Shown here: positions 52,428-62,105 of the stretch, in pieces
Layout: every line of letters starts with the position of its first letter
How positions within the stretch are numbered: position 1 is the first letter of the stretch
Assembly: GCA_963749915.1 (NCBI GenBank)
Contig: CAVVOP010000019.1
Coordinates: 64,001-128,000 of the forward strand
Origin: an uncultured cyanobacterium
Lineage (GTDB): Bacteria; Cyanobacteriota; Cyanobacteriia; Cyanobacteriales; Cyanobacteriaceae
Direction of reading: 5' to 3'
Length of the DNA stretch: 64,000 nucleotides
Made by a program: the position numbers and the translations under genes
The notes under the pieces: generated by a model
What the model was told of the DNA's origin: nothing
Database searches by the model: none
What the model saw: only the letters and a program-made list of their open reading frames with translations

Positions 52428-53891
52428 TTAATTTACTAAATCTATTTCTCCAGATTGAACTAATGCCCATTTGTTTTTAGTATTTTGTTTAACGATGGCA
52501 GGTTTTATTATACTAATTTGATTTCCTTTCAATGTTTGAGATAAATTACCATTACAAATAAATAATTGTGACTTTTTAATTTGTTGTAGAGTTTGAGAAT
52601 TAAATGGAGTATGAGGATCTAAAAATAGATAAAAGTCTCCGTTATTACTATTACTTGCCACAATATAGTATTCTCCTTGACGGTTGTTATTTTCTAATTC
52701 TACTAAACCTTCCCATGTACCCGCTAAAACTTTATTAACAGTATCTTTTGTCATACTTACCCGAATAGCATTTTTTAATAAGCCTTGAGGATTTTCTCTA
52801 TATAAATTTATCAATCTCACATCTTCTGACATTGGGGGAGGCGGCGGTGGTGTTTCTTTATGAATGGTATTAGAATATTGTTGTTGCAAAGATGTGGCAT
52901 CTCTATCACTATCATTCACTGATGGAGGGTTATTTATTTGAAATTCTAATTGTCTGAATTGTTGCTGAACTATAGAGAATTGTGTTTGAGAAAAAGTATT
53001 TAACTCATTAACTTTATCTTGTAAGATTTTTATTTGCTGGTTAAGATATTGATCTTTTCCTTCAAATTCTTCCATGGCATTTTTTTGATGTTTTATTACT
53101 CTAAGTAATTCTCCATTTTTCTTTTTTAGATCCCTAATTAGTAAAGTATTAATAATTGATAATATGGTAACTACTAATCCCAAAACTGAACCAGTTATTA
53201 TAAGTATTAAGACTAGTTTATTCCCTTGATTCTTGTTGTCATTTATATCTACTAAGTTTTCGCTATTAACTGATTTATTTATTGTTTTTATATGGTCTTC
53301 TATTTGTTTGTTTTTTTCGGAGAAAAATGTTGCTAAATTATCATAGGTTTTGTCAGTAAAATTACCGCAATCATTATCATTTTTATTCTGAACAACTCCT
53401 AACGGTATTTGAATATTCTCGCAAATTTCCTTTTCATCTAATTTACCATCCTCGAATAATTTAATAATAGAAGCTATATTTGGGTCTTTTGTTTCTCCTT
53501 CAGTTGCATCGTTGGGTATTTTTATTAACATTAATAAAGATTCAATGTTATTATCATCAACAACTATAGCTTTTAAGCTGTTTGTTGCAGTTGTTAAATT
53601 CTCCAAATCTTTTGGGATTTTCGGGTCAATATTTTCAATAATCTTCGGTTCTGGTGATTTTTCACTTTCTTTTTTTAGTTTTATTAATAATTGTCCATTT
53701 TCTTTGATATTTTCAGCAAAAATTTGATACTTATCTTCAATTTCTTTATTTAATTTTTCAATTTGGTATTTTTTCATTATTTCTTGTTGCGATATATCAT
53801 TCTTCCCAAAAATTGATTCCAAGTTACATCCTGTTAAAAGGAAGGGAAATAAAAAACTTAATAAAATTAATTTAATGGCTTTATTGTTCAT
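52428..53891 (-). CDS. Tubulin-locus accessory protein B: lipoprotein signal, internal TM, coiled coil, poly-Pro, repeated domain
   Basis: LLTGC lipobox; TM LVLILIITGSVLGLVVTILSII; PPPPPP; C-terminal IKPAIV..WAL..G.I. Confidence 0.78.
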   Translation of the reverse strand: MNNKAIKLILLSFLFPFLLTGCNLESIFGKNDISQQEIMKKYQIEKLNKEIEDKYQIFAENIKENGQLLIKLKKESEKSPEPKIIENIDPKIPKDLENLTTATNSLKAIVVDDNNIESLLMLIKIPNDATEGETKDPNIASIIKLFEDGKLDEKEICENIQIPLGVVQNKNDNDCGNFTDKTYDNLATFFSEKNKQIEDHIKTINKSVNSENLVDINDNKNQGNKLVLILIITGSVLGLVVTILSIINTLLIRDLKKKNGELLRVIKHQKNAMEEFEGKDQYLNQQIKILQDKVNELNTFSQTQFSIVQQQFRQLEFQINNPPSVNDSDRDATSLQQQYSNTIHKETPPPPPPMSEDVRLINLYRENPQGLLKNAIRVSMTKDTVNKVLAGTWEGLVELENNNRQGEYYIVASNSNNGDFYLFLDPHTPFNSQTLQQIKKSQLFICNGNLSQTLKGNQISIIKPAIVKQNTKNKWALVQSGEIDLVN

Positions 53892-53907
53892 AATAACCTC
53901 TGAGTAA

Positions 53908-54813
53908 TTAATAATTAAAATTTAAAATACCTTTATCGGATAACCGCCATTGATTTTGATTAACTTCAAAAACTTTGGCCGGCTTAATTACTTGAAAATT
54001 TTTGGATAAATGTTCTTGATAACCTCGTAACTCAAAAATAGTCTTGACCGTTTTAAGATTAGTATTAATTTTTAAATTTAAATCTGGTAACAAATAATAG
54101 CCCCCAGTTTCTAACTTTACAATCCAATAATCACTTTGATTCGAGTCTTGAAAAATTATTTCATTAGCTTTGTTTAGGTAAATATCTTCTAAAGTTTTTT
54201 TAGTGGGGGTAACTTTATAAGCATAATTAGCTAAAAAATTCGGATTATTATAATATTGCTCAATTACATATTGTTCATAATGATCTAGTTCCTGGTAAGG
54301 GGTTATATGTGGAGAATTAGTATTTTCTGAATTAGGGTTATTCTCGGTAAATTTTGTGTCCCCTAAATTGATAGAGTTAAAAGTTTCCATAGATGTTGAT
54401 TGGGTTTGAATTGATAAATCCTTAAGAGATTCTCTGACAATTTTTTTTATTCGACTGTATAAATCTGCTAGAATTTCTTGTTTCAGATTGCTAGATTGAC
54501 TATCCTGATTGGATAAATCATCTACTTGCTTTTCAAGTTCAGAAAGACGAATTTTTAATTCTAATAACTCATTGACCAAATTCTGGGATTCTTCCATTTT
54601 TTTTCTCAACTCATTTCTTTCTTTTCTATAATTATTTGCCCTGTAACAGGCAATTCTTGCCCAATCTTCATTTTTTTTGAGGATTTGTGCCGATGAAATT
54701 TTTTGATTTCCTGAATATAAAGTTAAATCCCAATTACAATATGCACATTCCCCTTGATTTTTTACATATTCAACACCACAAATAGGACATTTTTTTTTGT
54801 TAGCTGAAAACAT
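53908..54813 (-). CDS. Tubulin-locus accessory protein C: Zn ribbon, coiled coil, repeated domain
   Basis: CPIC..CAYC; heptad segment; C-terminal IKPAKV..WRL..KGIL. Confidence 0.78.
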   Translation of the reverse strand: MFSANKKKCPICGVEYVKNQGECAYCNWDLTLYSGNQKISSAQILKKNEDWARIACYRANNYRKERNELRKKMEESQNLVNELLELKIRLSELEKQVDDLSNQDSQSSNLKQEILADLYSRIKKIVRESLKDLSIQTQSTSMETFNSINLGDTKFTENNPNSENTNSPHITPYQELDHYEQYVIEQYYNNPNFLANYAYKVTPTKKTLEDIYLNKANEIIFQDSNQSDYWIVKLETGGYYLLPDLNLKINTNLKTVKTIFELRGYQEHLSKNFQVIKPAKVFEVNQNQWRLSDKGILNFNY

Positions 54814-54916
54814 AATTTCATGGACTAATGTTAATAGTATTTACCCTAAAATGGAGGCTAATTTTGATCCTCCCAACCCCCCCATCACATCAATAAGGGG
54901 GCAATGGATAGGATGA

Positions 54917-57900
54917 TTAATCTTTATAAGAGTCTGCCCATCTTCTGCCTAGAACATGGAGTAAGGATTTTAAACCCATAATAAAGGGGGTTTTTTCCCT
55001 GATATTTTTGGCATCTCCTCTCACATCTAGTAATTCATTTTCCAGGTGATATTTGACCTCTCGCCACAATTCACTGTTTTTATCCTCTTGAGCCGAATCT
55101 TTTTCGTTTTTTTCCGCCGGTTTTTGGGGTTTATAATCTGATTTTGCTAAGGGTTTAATAGTTTCCAAATTTAAAGATTTGATCCCCCCATGAAACTCGT
55201 ATAAAAATCGCTCTAAATGATCGAGGTTAGGAATATCAAACTTGGTAATATTACCCTCTAAATGGAGGCGAGATTGCCAGTTATTTTTCTCCTGAAATTC
55301 CTCATCATCATCATGATATTCGACATAGTAATCCTCTCCGGCGATGGGTTGTTTTTCCTTGTTTTCAGTCATTCCCGTTAATTCCGTTTGACTGAGAACT
55401 AAACCACAGGCTACTTCATGTTTCGGACGAGTGCTAAGGCGTGTTTTTTCGTGAGTATCTTTGAACCCTGAGCCTTTACTTAACATCAGACTAAGTAGTT
55501 TATTAAACTCGGTATTTTGGTCAAATTTACCCGTAGGAGAAAGCCAATGTAAGAAGCGAGACGCATTACCGCCAATATAAACAGGGGTAATCTGATCCTT
55601 ACTATATTTGCCTTGTTTATGAAGTACTTGCAAAATTAGACCAACATAGTAATATAAACCAGCAACTCCGATGGCCGTGAGGGTGACTAAACGCTGAAAA
55701 TACTCATCCTCATTTTTGTAGATCCGTTTTTTATTTAACCATTCCTCTGCCTTATGACGCAAAGCCACATCAATATTGGTCATGATGGAATATTCGCTTA
55801 AACCTGTCCAATCATTGGGGGTAAATTCCTTCATCAACTTTTGGGCGTAACGGGGATTCATGGCGATAATCTCCGAAAAAATATTTCTTCCAGCTAATAA
55901 GACCGAACATTGATAAACGATTTTGCGGTTTTCCCAAATAGATATATCTGAAGTGCCGCCTCCCATGTCAATACAAGTACTGCGAATTAGAGGATGTTTT
56001 TCTTTATCGTTGAAATATTGAGCTAAGGCTACGCTTTCTGTACAAAAACGCTGAGTATCATCAATGGTAGGACAAGAATAGGTTATCCCTGTTTTCGGGC
56101 TTAATTCTTCGGCAATTTCTTCCCAGTTACGATGAAATGTGGTCACGTTGGTATTGGAAAAAGCACTGGGATAAGATATACACCATTCAATAGTATTCAT
56201 CCCGGCATGAACCGCTAAAGCCGAGATTTGTAAGGATAAATGACGGAGAAAAACCTTAGAATATCTAAGATTTGACCATTTCAGATCTAATTTTATCCAT
56301 TGTTTATTGGGATCAAATTCCGTGGGATCGGGGACAAAGATACGACCATCTAAAATGGGTTGTAATTCTCCCTCATCTTCACCGTTTTTCGTGGTAAGTA
56401 CTGTGCACAATGGTAAAGGATCCTCAGACGGCAGAAATTGGGCAGGGATAAAACTTTCAATTAAAGCAGGGAAACGAGTGGCGATAGGACTTTCAGTTAT
56501 ATTCAGTTGTAAATTTTTGTTGATATCCAGGGGAAAATCACCGCTATTGTCACCTTTAACATAAACGTTAGTAAAAGATGTACCAAAGTCAACCCCCACT
56601 CGCCATGTACCTCGTGAGTTAATTTCTGGAGGAGTTGACAGTAAAATTAAGCCAATGTCCCGATAGTAGCTATCTTTACACACCACATGGGTAGGCATTT
56701 CTTGAAGGGTGGAAAGTTGGTATGATCCTGTACCATCAGGGGCTTTGAAACTTCGGGCTTGTTGGTTAGGGAAGTAAACTTTAAAGGTCTCCTCTCCATA
56801 GTCACCATCATAGTAAAAAGTATAGTATTGTTGCCAATTTTTTGCTCGAAAGTTAGGCCAAACCGTTAACACAGGTAAATATTTGATGGCATTTTCTTCC
56901 TGGAGAATATACTCTTTTTGGAGGCGGTAACTTTGGAATTGATTTTGATTAGGGATACCTGATAGGGGAATGGTCAAGGTTATACGAATTCCCTGCCCAT
57001 TAATATTATTAAAAGGCTCTAATTGAATTTTACCGATCAGATCTTCGGGGGTAAAGTACCTTAATAAAATCGGATTGAGGGGGATTAGGGGAGTTACTTT
57101 TTCGCCGTTAAAGGTTATCGGTAGGGTTGTTTTTGGTAGTAAACCTCCGGGTAATGCGTCTTCGAGATCTAAAAATCCTAATTCTTCTAAAAATAATTCT
57201 TCGGAGGTAATCCAATTCACATCATCCCAAACTAATGTGCCATCTCGCAGATCTTTTACGTTTAAGGAGGCTAAAGTGCGATCTTTGTGTACCCAAATAT
57301 TTTGTTTGGGTTGTCCCCAATATTCAGCGATATTCTCATCGATGATAATCAGGGGTTTAGCGTTAGTTTTGATGGCACTGGGAATTACTCTAAGATTAGA
57401 GGGTTTAGGGGGAATTTTGATGGGTTGATTGAGTAAAATTAACGCTCCTCGGTTAATGGATTCACCGAAAAAGTTGGGATTATCACTAAGATTTAAAGGG
57501 GGTATTCCTTGATCATTGATTTGTAAATCCTTACGGAATTGACTGATTAACCCCATCATTTTATTGAGGGCGATCGCAGTGCCATTATAGGCGACGAGAT
57601 TATTTTGGATATTTTCTAACCAACGCCACAATAATTCCTTCGATTCTTGATTCAAATAAGGTTCAGGGCTTACTAACATCCCATCTTGCCACCACCGCAA
57701 CCCGTCCCATTTTCCTTCCTCCGAGGTACAAACAAGGGTACTCGGGCTTGTCATTCCCACTGTTTTACCATTCCACAGGAACACATAAACTTCTTCCCAA
57801 GGGTTTTTATTATCTCTGGTGTAAAGGGCGTTAACAGGTTCAGGCATTAGTTGATAAAGGGCATCTCCAAAGGGTTGGAATCGTTGTTGAGAGAGATCTA

Positions 57901-58207
57901 AAAACTGGACTTTTAAATCGAATCCTTCTACTTCCGCCAAGGCGATCGCGGCCATCATCCCTCGCCATTGTGCCACCATCGCCTTATGAATGGGGTGATT
58001 AGTGTCATAAAGTGCCATTTCCATGATCAGAGGACGTGCCCACATGGTAGGGACGGAACTGACACTTTTAATAACTCCTGGGGCTTGATAATCGAGGCTA
58101 TCGGCTACATCTCGAAAGGCATTATCCCCCCTGCCTTCCCATTGTCCGGGTTGCCCTCTAGTAATGTTGGTATCGTCTTTTAACTTCGATAACAGTAAAT
58201 CTGCCAT
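54917..58207 (-). CDS. Large protein with a C-terminal actin/Hsp70-fold ATPase domain
   Basis: Phosphate-1 VGVDFGTSFT, SYPSAF, connect-1 TESVA, phosphate-2 IDMGGGTSD, adenosine IGGNASR, connect-2 PKHEVACGL; ~530-aa unknown N-terminal half. Confidence 0.85.
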   Translation of the reverse strand: MADLLLSKLKDDTNITRGQPGQWEGRGDNAFRDVADSLDYQAPGVIKSVSSVPTMWARPLIMEMALYDTNHPIHKAMVAQWRGMMAAIALAEVEGFDLKVQFLDLSQQRFQPFGDALYQLMPEPVNALYTRDNKNPWEEVYVFLWNGKTVGMTSPSTLVCTSEEGKWDGLRWWQDGMLVSPEPYLNQESKELLWRWLENIQNNLVAYNGTAIALNKMMGLISQFRKDLQINDQGIPPLNLSDNPNFFGESINRGALILLNQPIKIPPKPSNLRVIPSAIKTNAKPLIIIDENIAEYWGQPKQNIWVHKDRTLASLNVKDLRDGTLVWDDVNWITSEELFLEELGFLDLEDALPGGLLPKTTLPITFNGEKVTPLIPLNPILLRYFTPEDLIGKIQLEPFNNINGQGIRITLTIPLSGIPNQNQFQSYRLQKEYILQEENAIKYLPVLTVWPNFRAKNWQQYYTFYYDGDYGEETFKVYFPNQQARSFKAPDGTGSYQLSTLQEMPTHVVCKDSYYRDIGLILLSTPPEINSRGTWRVGVDFGTSFTNVYVKGDNSGDFPLDINKNLQLNITESPIATRFPALIESFIPAQFLPSEDPLPLCTVLTTKNGEDEGELQPILDGRIFVPDPTEFDPNKQWIKLDLKWSNLRYSKVFLRHLSLQISALAVHAGMNTIEWCISYPSAFSNTNVTTFHRNWEEIAEELSPKTGITYSCPTIDDTQRFCTESVALAQYFNDKEKHPLIRSTCIDMGGGTSDISIWENRKIVYQCSVLLAGRNIFSEIIAMNPRYAQKLMKEFTPNDWTGLSEYSIMTNIDVALRHKAEEWLNKKRIYKNEDEYFQRLVTLTAIGVAGLYYYVGLILQVLHKQGKYSKDQITPVYIGGNASRFLHWLSPTGKFDQNTEFNKLLSLMLSKGSGFKDTHEKTRLSTRPKHEVACGLVLSQTELTGMTENKEKQPIAGEDYYVEYHDDDEEFQEKNNWQSRLHLEGNITKFDIPNLDHLERFLYEFHGGIKSLNLETIKPLAKSDYKPQKPAEKNEKDSAQEDKNSELWREVKYHLENELLDVRGDAKNIREKTPFIMGLKSLLHVLGRRWADSYKD

Positions 58208-58223
58208 TTTTCAAACCTCTTGA

Positions 58224-59723
58224 TTAAACTTTACAACAAACATAAATCGCTTTAGCCAATCCTGGGACTCCCTGATTTGGTTCGCCAAAATTACTGATAT
58301 CTAAATCACCGATGGCATTTTTGAGGGTCACTGCCGTATCTTGATCGACAATTTCCTTGGTACGGGAGTCATCCCATAATAAATCGCCGAACTTTTCACC
58401 TTTTAAACTACGAGGGTTAACAAAATACTCCCTTGCTTTAAATAAGCGTATGCGTTCGTTATCACAATAGTGAATATCCTTTAACCATCGCAAAAAATCC
58501 ACACACCAGTTATCAATACTTTTAATGGCTTCCTGTTGGTCAGAATCACTCAAATCGGGCAAATGTTTACGGGTTTTCATAAACAAGCTAATTCCCTGAA
58601 AGAATTTATCGAACCAAGCTAAACCGTTTAACTCCTTAATTCCTTGAACTTTAGCTGACTGTAACTGAGGTTGAAAATCCGCTAACCAAATAAAGGCAAA
58701 ACGGGCGGCATTGACCAACTTAATTTTTACCTCCTCAACTTGGGGTATATCATCCCATGTTAAAATCCCTGCCTGGGCACGACTCATGACATGGACACCT
58801 TTTTGGGGATGATCACAGAAAAAATGACGGGCGGCCAAACTGGCATAAAATTCCACAAAATGAGGGCGATTCACTTGAGTATCTTTCCCAACGCTAAACT
58901 CTCCCAATTTTTCCATACTCTGATTGCCGATTAAGTATTTGGTGTCAAATTGTTGGGCTTGTTCTCGGTAATACCTTAAGGCTGCCTCAGTATTCAGTAA
59001 AAACAGGTCTGAACTGGCGTAAACTTGCTCATTACCATTACCTTTGGGAAAATTAAAGTAAGGAAGGGCAAAAATACAACCGATTTTCACTCTATCCCTA
59101 ACGCCGTCTTTTTCTAATTTATTGGCAATCAACCGCCCAACAGTTGGCAAACCTGAAGCACCTGTTCCGCCGAAAATTGAGCCACACAGTAAAACTTTAG
59201 CATTACTGCCACTACTCGCATTGTTTTCGATTTCATTGATAAAACTTCGCCAAGGTTCTTCTTCTAGCCGTTCGAGATTTATTTGAGTCATAATACTCGA
59301 TCCAATGGCTGGTCTGCCTCGAAAACCAACTTCTAAAGAGACTTTTCGCTCATTCTCAGTATAGAGAACATCGAATAAATTAGCTAAGGATGGAGAAGTT
59401 TGTTTGAGGGTATCATAGGCAAAAAATGACCCCAGTTTGCGATCGGCATTATTTTTAGTAAAAGGTGACCAAACCCCATAAGATTCAATGTTAGTGGTCA
59501 TCCAAGGGCATTCTTGATGTTTTCCCTGCAATAACTGATAACATTTTTGATAGAGACTGAGGCTCGTTTGTGATCGCTGTAAATTACCGTTAGTTTCATC
59601 GGCATCAATAAATAAAATTCTTAACTTATTGGTAGGAATTAAACCCACGGAGGTCAATTGAATAATTGCCTCAACACATTTAGCACCTGTACCACCAATA
59701 CCCACAACATAAAAACTCATCAT
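58224..59723 (-). CDS. Divergent tubulin/FtsZ-superfamily GTPase
   Basis: VGIGGTGAK (T1), IDAD, GFRGRPAIG (T3-like), SIFGGTGASG (T4 signature) and LPYF. Confidence 0.88.
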   Translation of the reverse strand: MMSFYVVGIGGTGAKCVEAIIQLTSVGLIPTNKLRILFIDADETNGNLQRSQTSLSLYQKCYQLLQGKHQECPWMTTNIESYGVWSPFTKNNADRKLGSFFAYDTLKQTSPSLANLFDVLYTENERKVSLEVGFRGRPAIGSSIMTQINLERLEEEPWRSFINEIENNASSGSNAKVLLCGSIFGGTGASGLPTVGRLIANKLEKDGVRDRVKIGCIFALPYFNFPKGNGNEQVYASSDLFLLNTEAALRYYREQAQQFDTKYLIGNQSMEKLGEFSVGKDTQVNRPHFVEFYASLAARHFFCDHPQKGVHVMSRAQAGILTWDDIPQVEEVKIKLVNAARFAFIWLADFQPQLQSAKVQGIKELNGLAWFDKFFQGISLFMKTRKHLPDLSDSDQQEAIKSIDNWCVDFLRWLKDIHYCDNERIRLFKAREYFVNPRSLKGEKFGDLLWDDSRTKEIVDQDTAVTLKNAIGDLDISNFGEPNQGVPGLAKAIYVCCKV

Positions 59724-59846
59724 TTTTCCCCTATTTTATTTAGACATCTCCAAAAAATTCAACTCGAAATCAATTGTAGGATTGGGAATCATTAATTTTA
59801 TCCACTATTACCTATCTATTCCCCGACTTCTGAAAAAAGTCCATGG

Positions 59847-60335
59847 TTAATTTCTATTCATGAGGCCATTAACCATTATCGCCCCAGGTACGGTTTTCTT
59901 TTTCAATAGTCCTGGGGTACTGGTAACGGTGGGTAGCCAATAAAGTAAAAATAAAGAGTTGAACAAGAATAACCCCATCATGGAAATTAAAGTTTCTTGA
60001 ATTAACTCCCCATTCTGATCTTGATTATTAAAGTAAACCGTTGCACTGACGATGATTACCAGTAGTAATAAACCTATATACCAGAGTAGCTTAAAGGAAC
60101 TGGCATTACCATGTTGATTTTTTAGGAGTACAACATACCATAAAATAGTAAAGCTAAGGGAAAAAGCAAAAATAATCCAAGCCGCTAAGGTATATTGTTT
60201 AACCCAATCACTGAAAGGAATACTCCTAATTACCCCGAAAAATTTTTGCTCATAAAGTAACGGTTGTAACCACATCATAAGTATAAAACCCACTAAGGCA
60301 AAGATGATGATTCTAATAATTTCGCCGACTTTCAT
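59847..60335 (-). CDS. Four-TM membrane protein, first gene of the tubulin operon
   Basis: Four hydrophobic segments; co-oriented upstream of the tubulin-like gene. Confidence 0.72.
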   Translation of the reverse strand: MKVGEIIRIIIFALVGFILMMWLQPLLYEQKFFGVIRSIPFSDWVKQYTLAAWIIFAFSLSFTILWYVVLLKNQHGNASSFKLLWYIGLLLLVIIVSATVYFNNQDQNGELIQETLISMMGLFLFNSLFLLYWLPTVTSTPGLLKKKTVPGAIMVNGLMNRN

Positions 60336-60504
60336 TATTTTTAATGTCGATAATTAGGTTTAGTTTTGATACTAAAGTTGTTATACTGTAAAATATATAA
60401 AACTTCAATATCTATCTCAAATAAGAAACGCTATTTAATACTTATTCGACAACTTACGATATATTTACATTGTAAACGAACATATAGAAAACGATAGTTA
60501 ATTC

Positions 60505-62064
60505 ATGGGTAACGTTGGTAAAAATACCTTTAAATCCTTACTTTTTATTATTTTGTCCATATCTCTGTTGTCGAGTTGCCAAAAAACTCCCGAGGAAGAG
60601 TTAGCCTGTAATACAGATTCGAGACCAGCAAAAGTTAATATAGAAAATACCGATAGTAAATTAGATATATCCGTCAATGTGGATGGTAGTGATTCGATGG
60701 TGGGTTATGTAACTATTCCTAACAATAACTATAGTAAAGTCTTAGAATTAATAGCCAATGCCGTTATCAGTACCAATACGGTGAATGTAGAGTATAAGCG
60801 CATTGGAGATGATAAAACCCTCACCCGTAACGATTTCCGCAAAGACGCCACCTCTAAGGTTTTTTATGGTGGCAATGATAGCATTTATAAACCTGTTTCT
60901 AGTCCTATTCACTCTGCCATTACTCCCCCAGTGGCGGGAAAATATAAGTTAACGATTATTGTCACGGATTTAGAGGGAGATGATGGAGGAAAAATTGCCG
61001 AAATTTTAGCACAAAATTACTTAAATAATGATGAAAAAAATCGAGATTATACTGTCGGTATTTGGGGGGTAAAAAGTCAGTTTAACGGTACTATTTATGA
61101 TCCCAATACTGGCAGGGCTAAATTTAATTATAGTACCCAGGGAAAAAAAGCCGATGGTTTTCGTCCTTTCTATGTTTTATTTGTGGGTAAATATGATCAC
61201 ATCGCTAAATATTTTGATGAGTTTAAAAAACTAGATACTCAAATTCAAAATGATAGTCATATGTTTATTTTTCCTACTCAAAAAATGGTAGAAAATCCCA
61301 TTAATTTAGGTACTCTTGACGAGAGAAAAAATAATAGTAAATTACCACAAAATCAGCAATTAGAAAGAGTTTTTGCTCTACAGGATAATCATGTTATTGT
61401 TGACGTAAAAAATCCTCACAATCAACCTTACGAATTATTAAGTATAGTTAATGATAGCGATCCAAAACCGACTATTCATTATCAAGTTTCTTTTCCCCAA
61501 ATTAATAATATTAAAGAGGATAGTTATTCGTTATACATTGACGAAAACAACTTAAAAACTAAAACCAAAGTATTTACTTTTAACTCTAATAATCAAGTTA
61601 ATAAAGTAACGGAATCTACTCCCGAAGAATCAGAATCGGATACTGAGGAAAAAAATACTAAGAAAAAAGATCAACCTAAAAAAGTTGATAATGAATTAAA
61701 TAATGCCTATGAAAAAAAGTTCTTTAAACTCAATTCTAGTAATTCTTTACAACAGGGATTAGTAGTTAAAGATTTAAAGTTGGATAAGGAAAAAGAAACC
61801 TTACAATTTATCACCGATATTAATTTAAATAGTTTGCCAAATTCGGAAATTTATTTATTTGAAGTTGATTTAATTTTAACAGATTTAACAGGGTTAGACT
61901 GGTGGAATAGTTGGAGTACTAATAGTCAAAGTAATGATGGCTCAAAAACACAAAATTTGTCTATTTTTATGAATAAATTAAAGAGTTTAACATTGCAAAA
62001 TTTCAGCAATCAGGATGGGGATCCAGTCATTGGTACTTTTTGTTTTGCCCTTCAAAAAAATTAA
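60505..62064 (+). CDS. Lipoprotein with a vWA/MIDAS-like domain
   Basis: LSSC lipobox; VDGSDSMVGY (DxSxS); IIVTDLE; RPFYVLFVG. Confidence 0.72.
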   Translation: MGNVGKNTFKSLLFIILSISLLSSCQKTPEEELACNTDSRPAKVNIENTDSKLDISVNVDGSDSMVGYVTIPNNNYSKVLELIANAVISTNTVNVEYKRIGDDKTLTRNDFRKDATSKVFYGGNDSIYKPVSSPIHSAITPPVAGKYKLTIIVTDLEGDDGGKIAEILAQNYLNNDEKNRDYTVGIWGVKSQFNGTIYDPNTGRAKFNYSTQGKKADGFRPFYVLFVGKYDHIAKYFDEFKKLDTQIQNDSHMFIFPTQKMVENPINLGTLDERKNNSKLPQNQQLERVFALQDNHVIVDVKNPHNQPYELLSIVNDSDPKPTIHYQVSFPQINNIKEDSYSLYIDENNLKTKTKVFTFNSNNQVNKVTESTPEESESDTEEKNTKKKDQPKKVDNELNNAYEKKFFKLNSSNSLQQGLVVKDLKLDKEKETLQFITDINLNSLPNSEIYLFEVDLILTDLTGLDWWNSWSTNSQSNDGSKTQNLSIFMNKLKSLTLQNFSNQDGDPVIGTFCFALQKN

Positions 62065-62105
62065 ATAGATTTATGTAAATTTTATCGACGAAAAATTTAT
62101 AATCT

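Noticed and set aside
54917..59723. ftsZ/ftsA, mreB, dnaK or tubZRC calls
   Set aside because: Lengths, motifs and context do not fit: no dcw genes, no Hsp70 substrate domain, no TubR or iterons.
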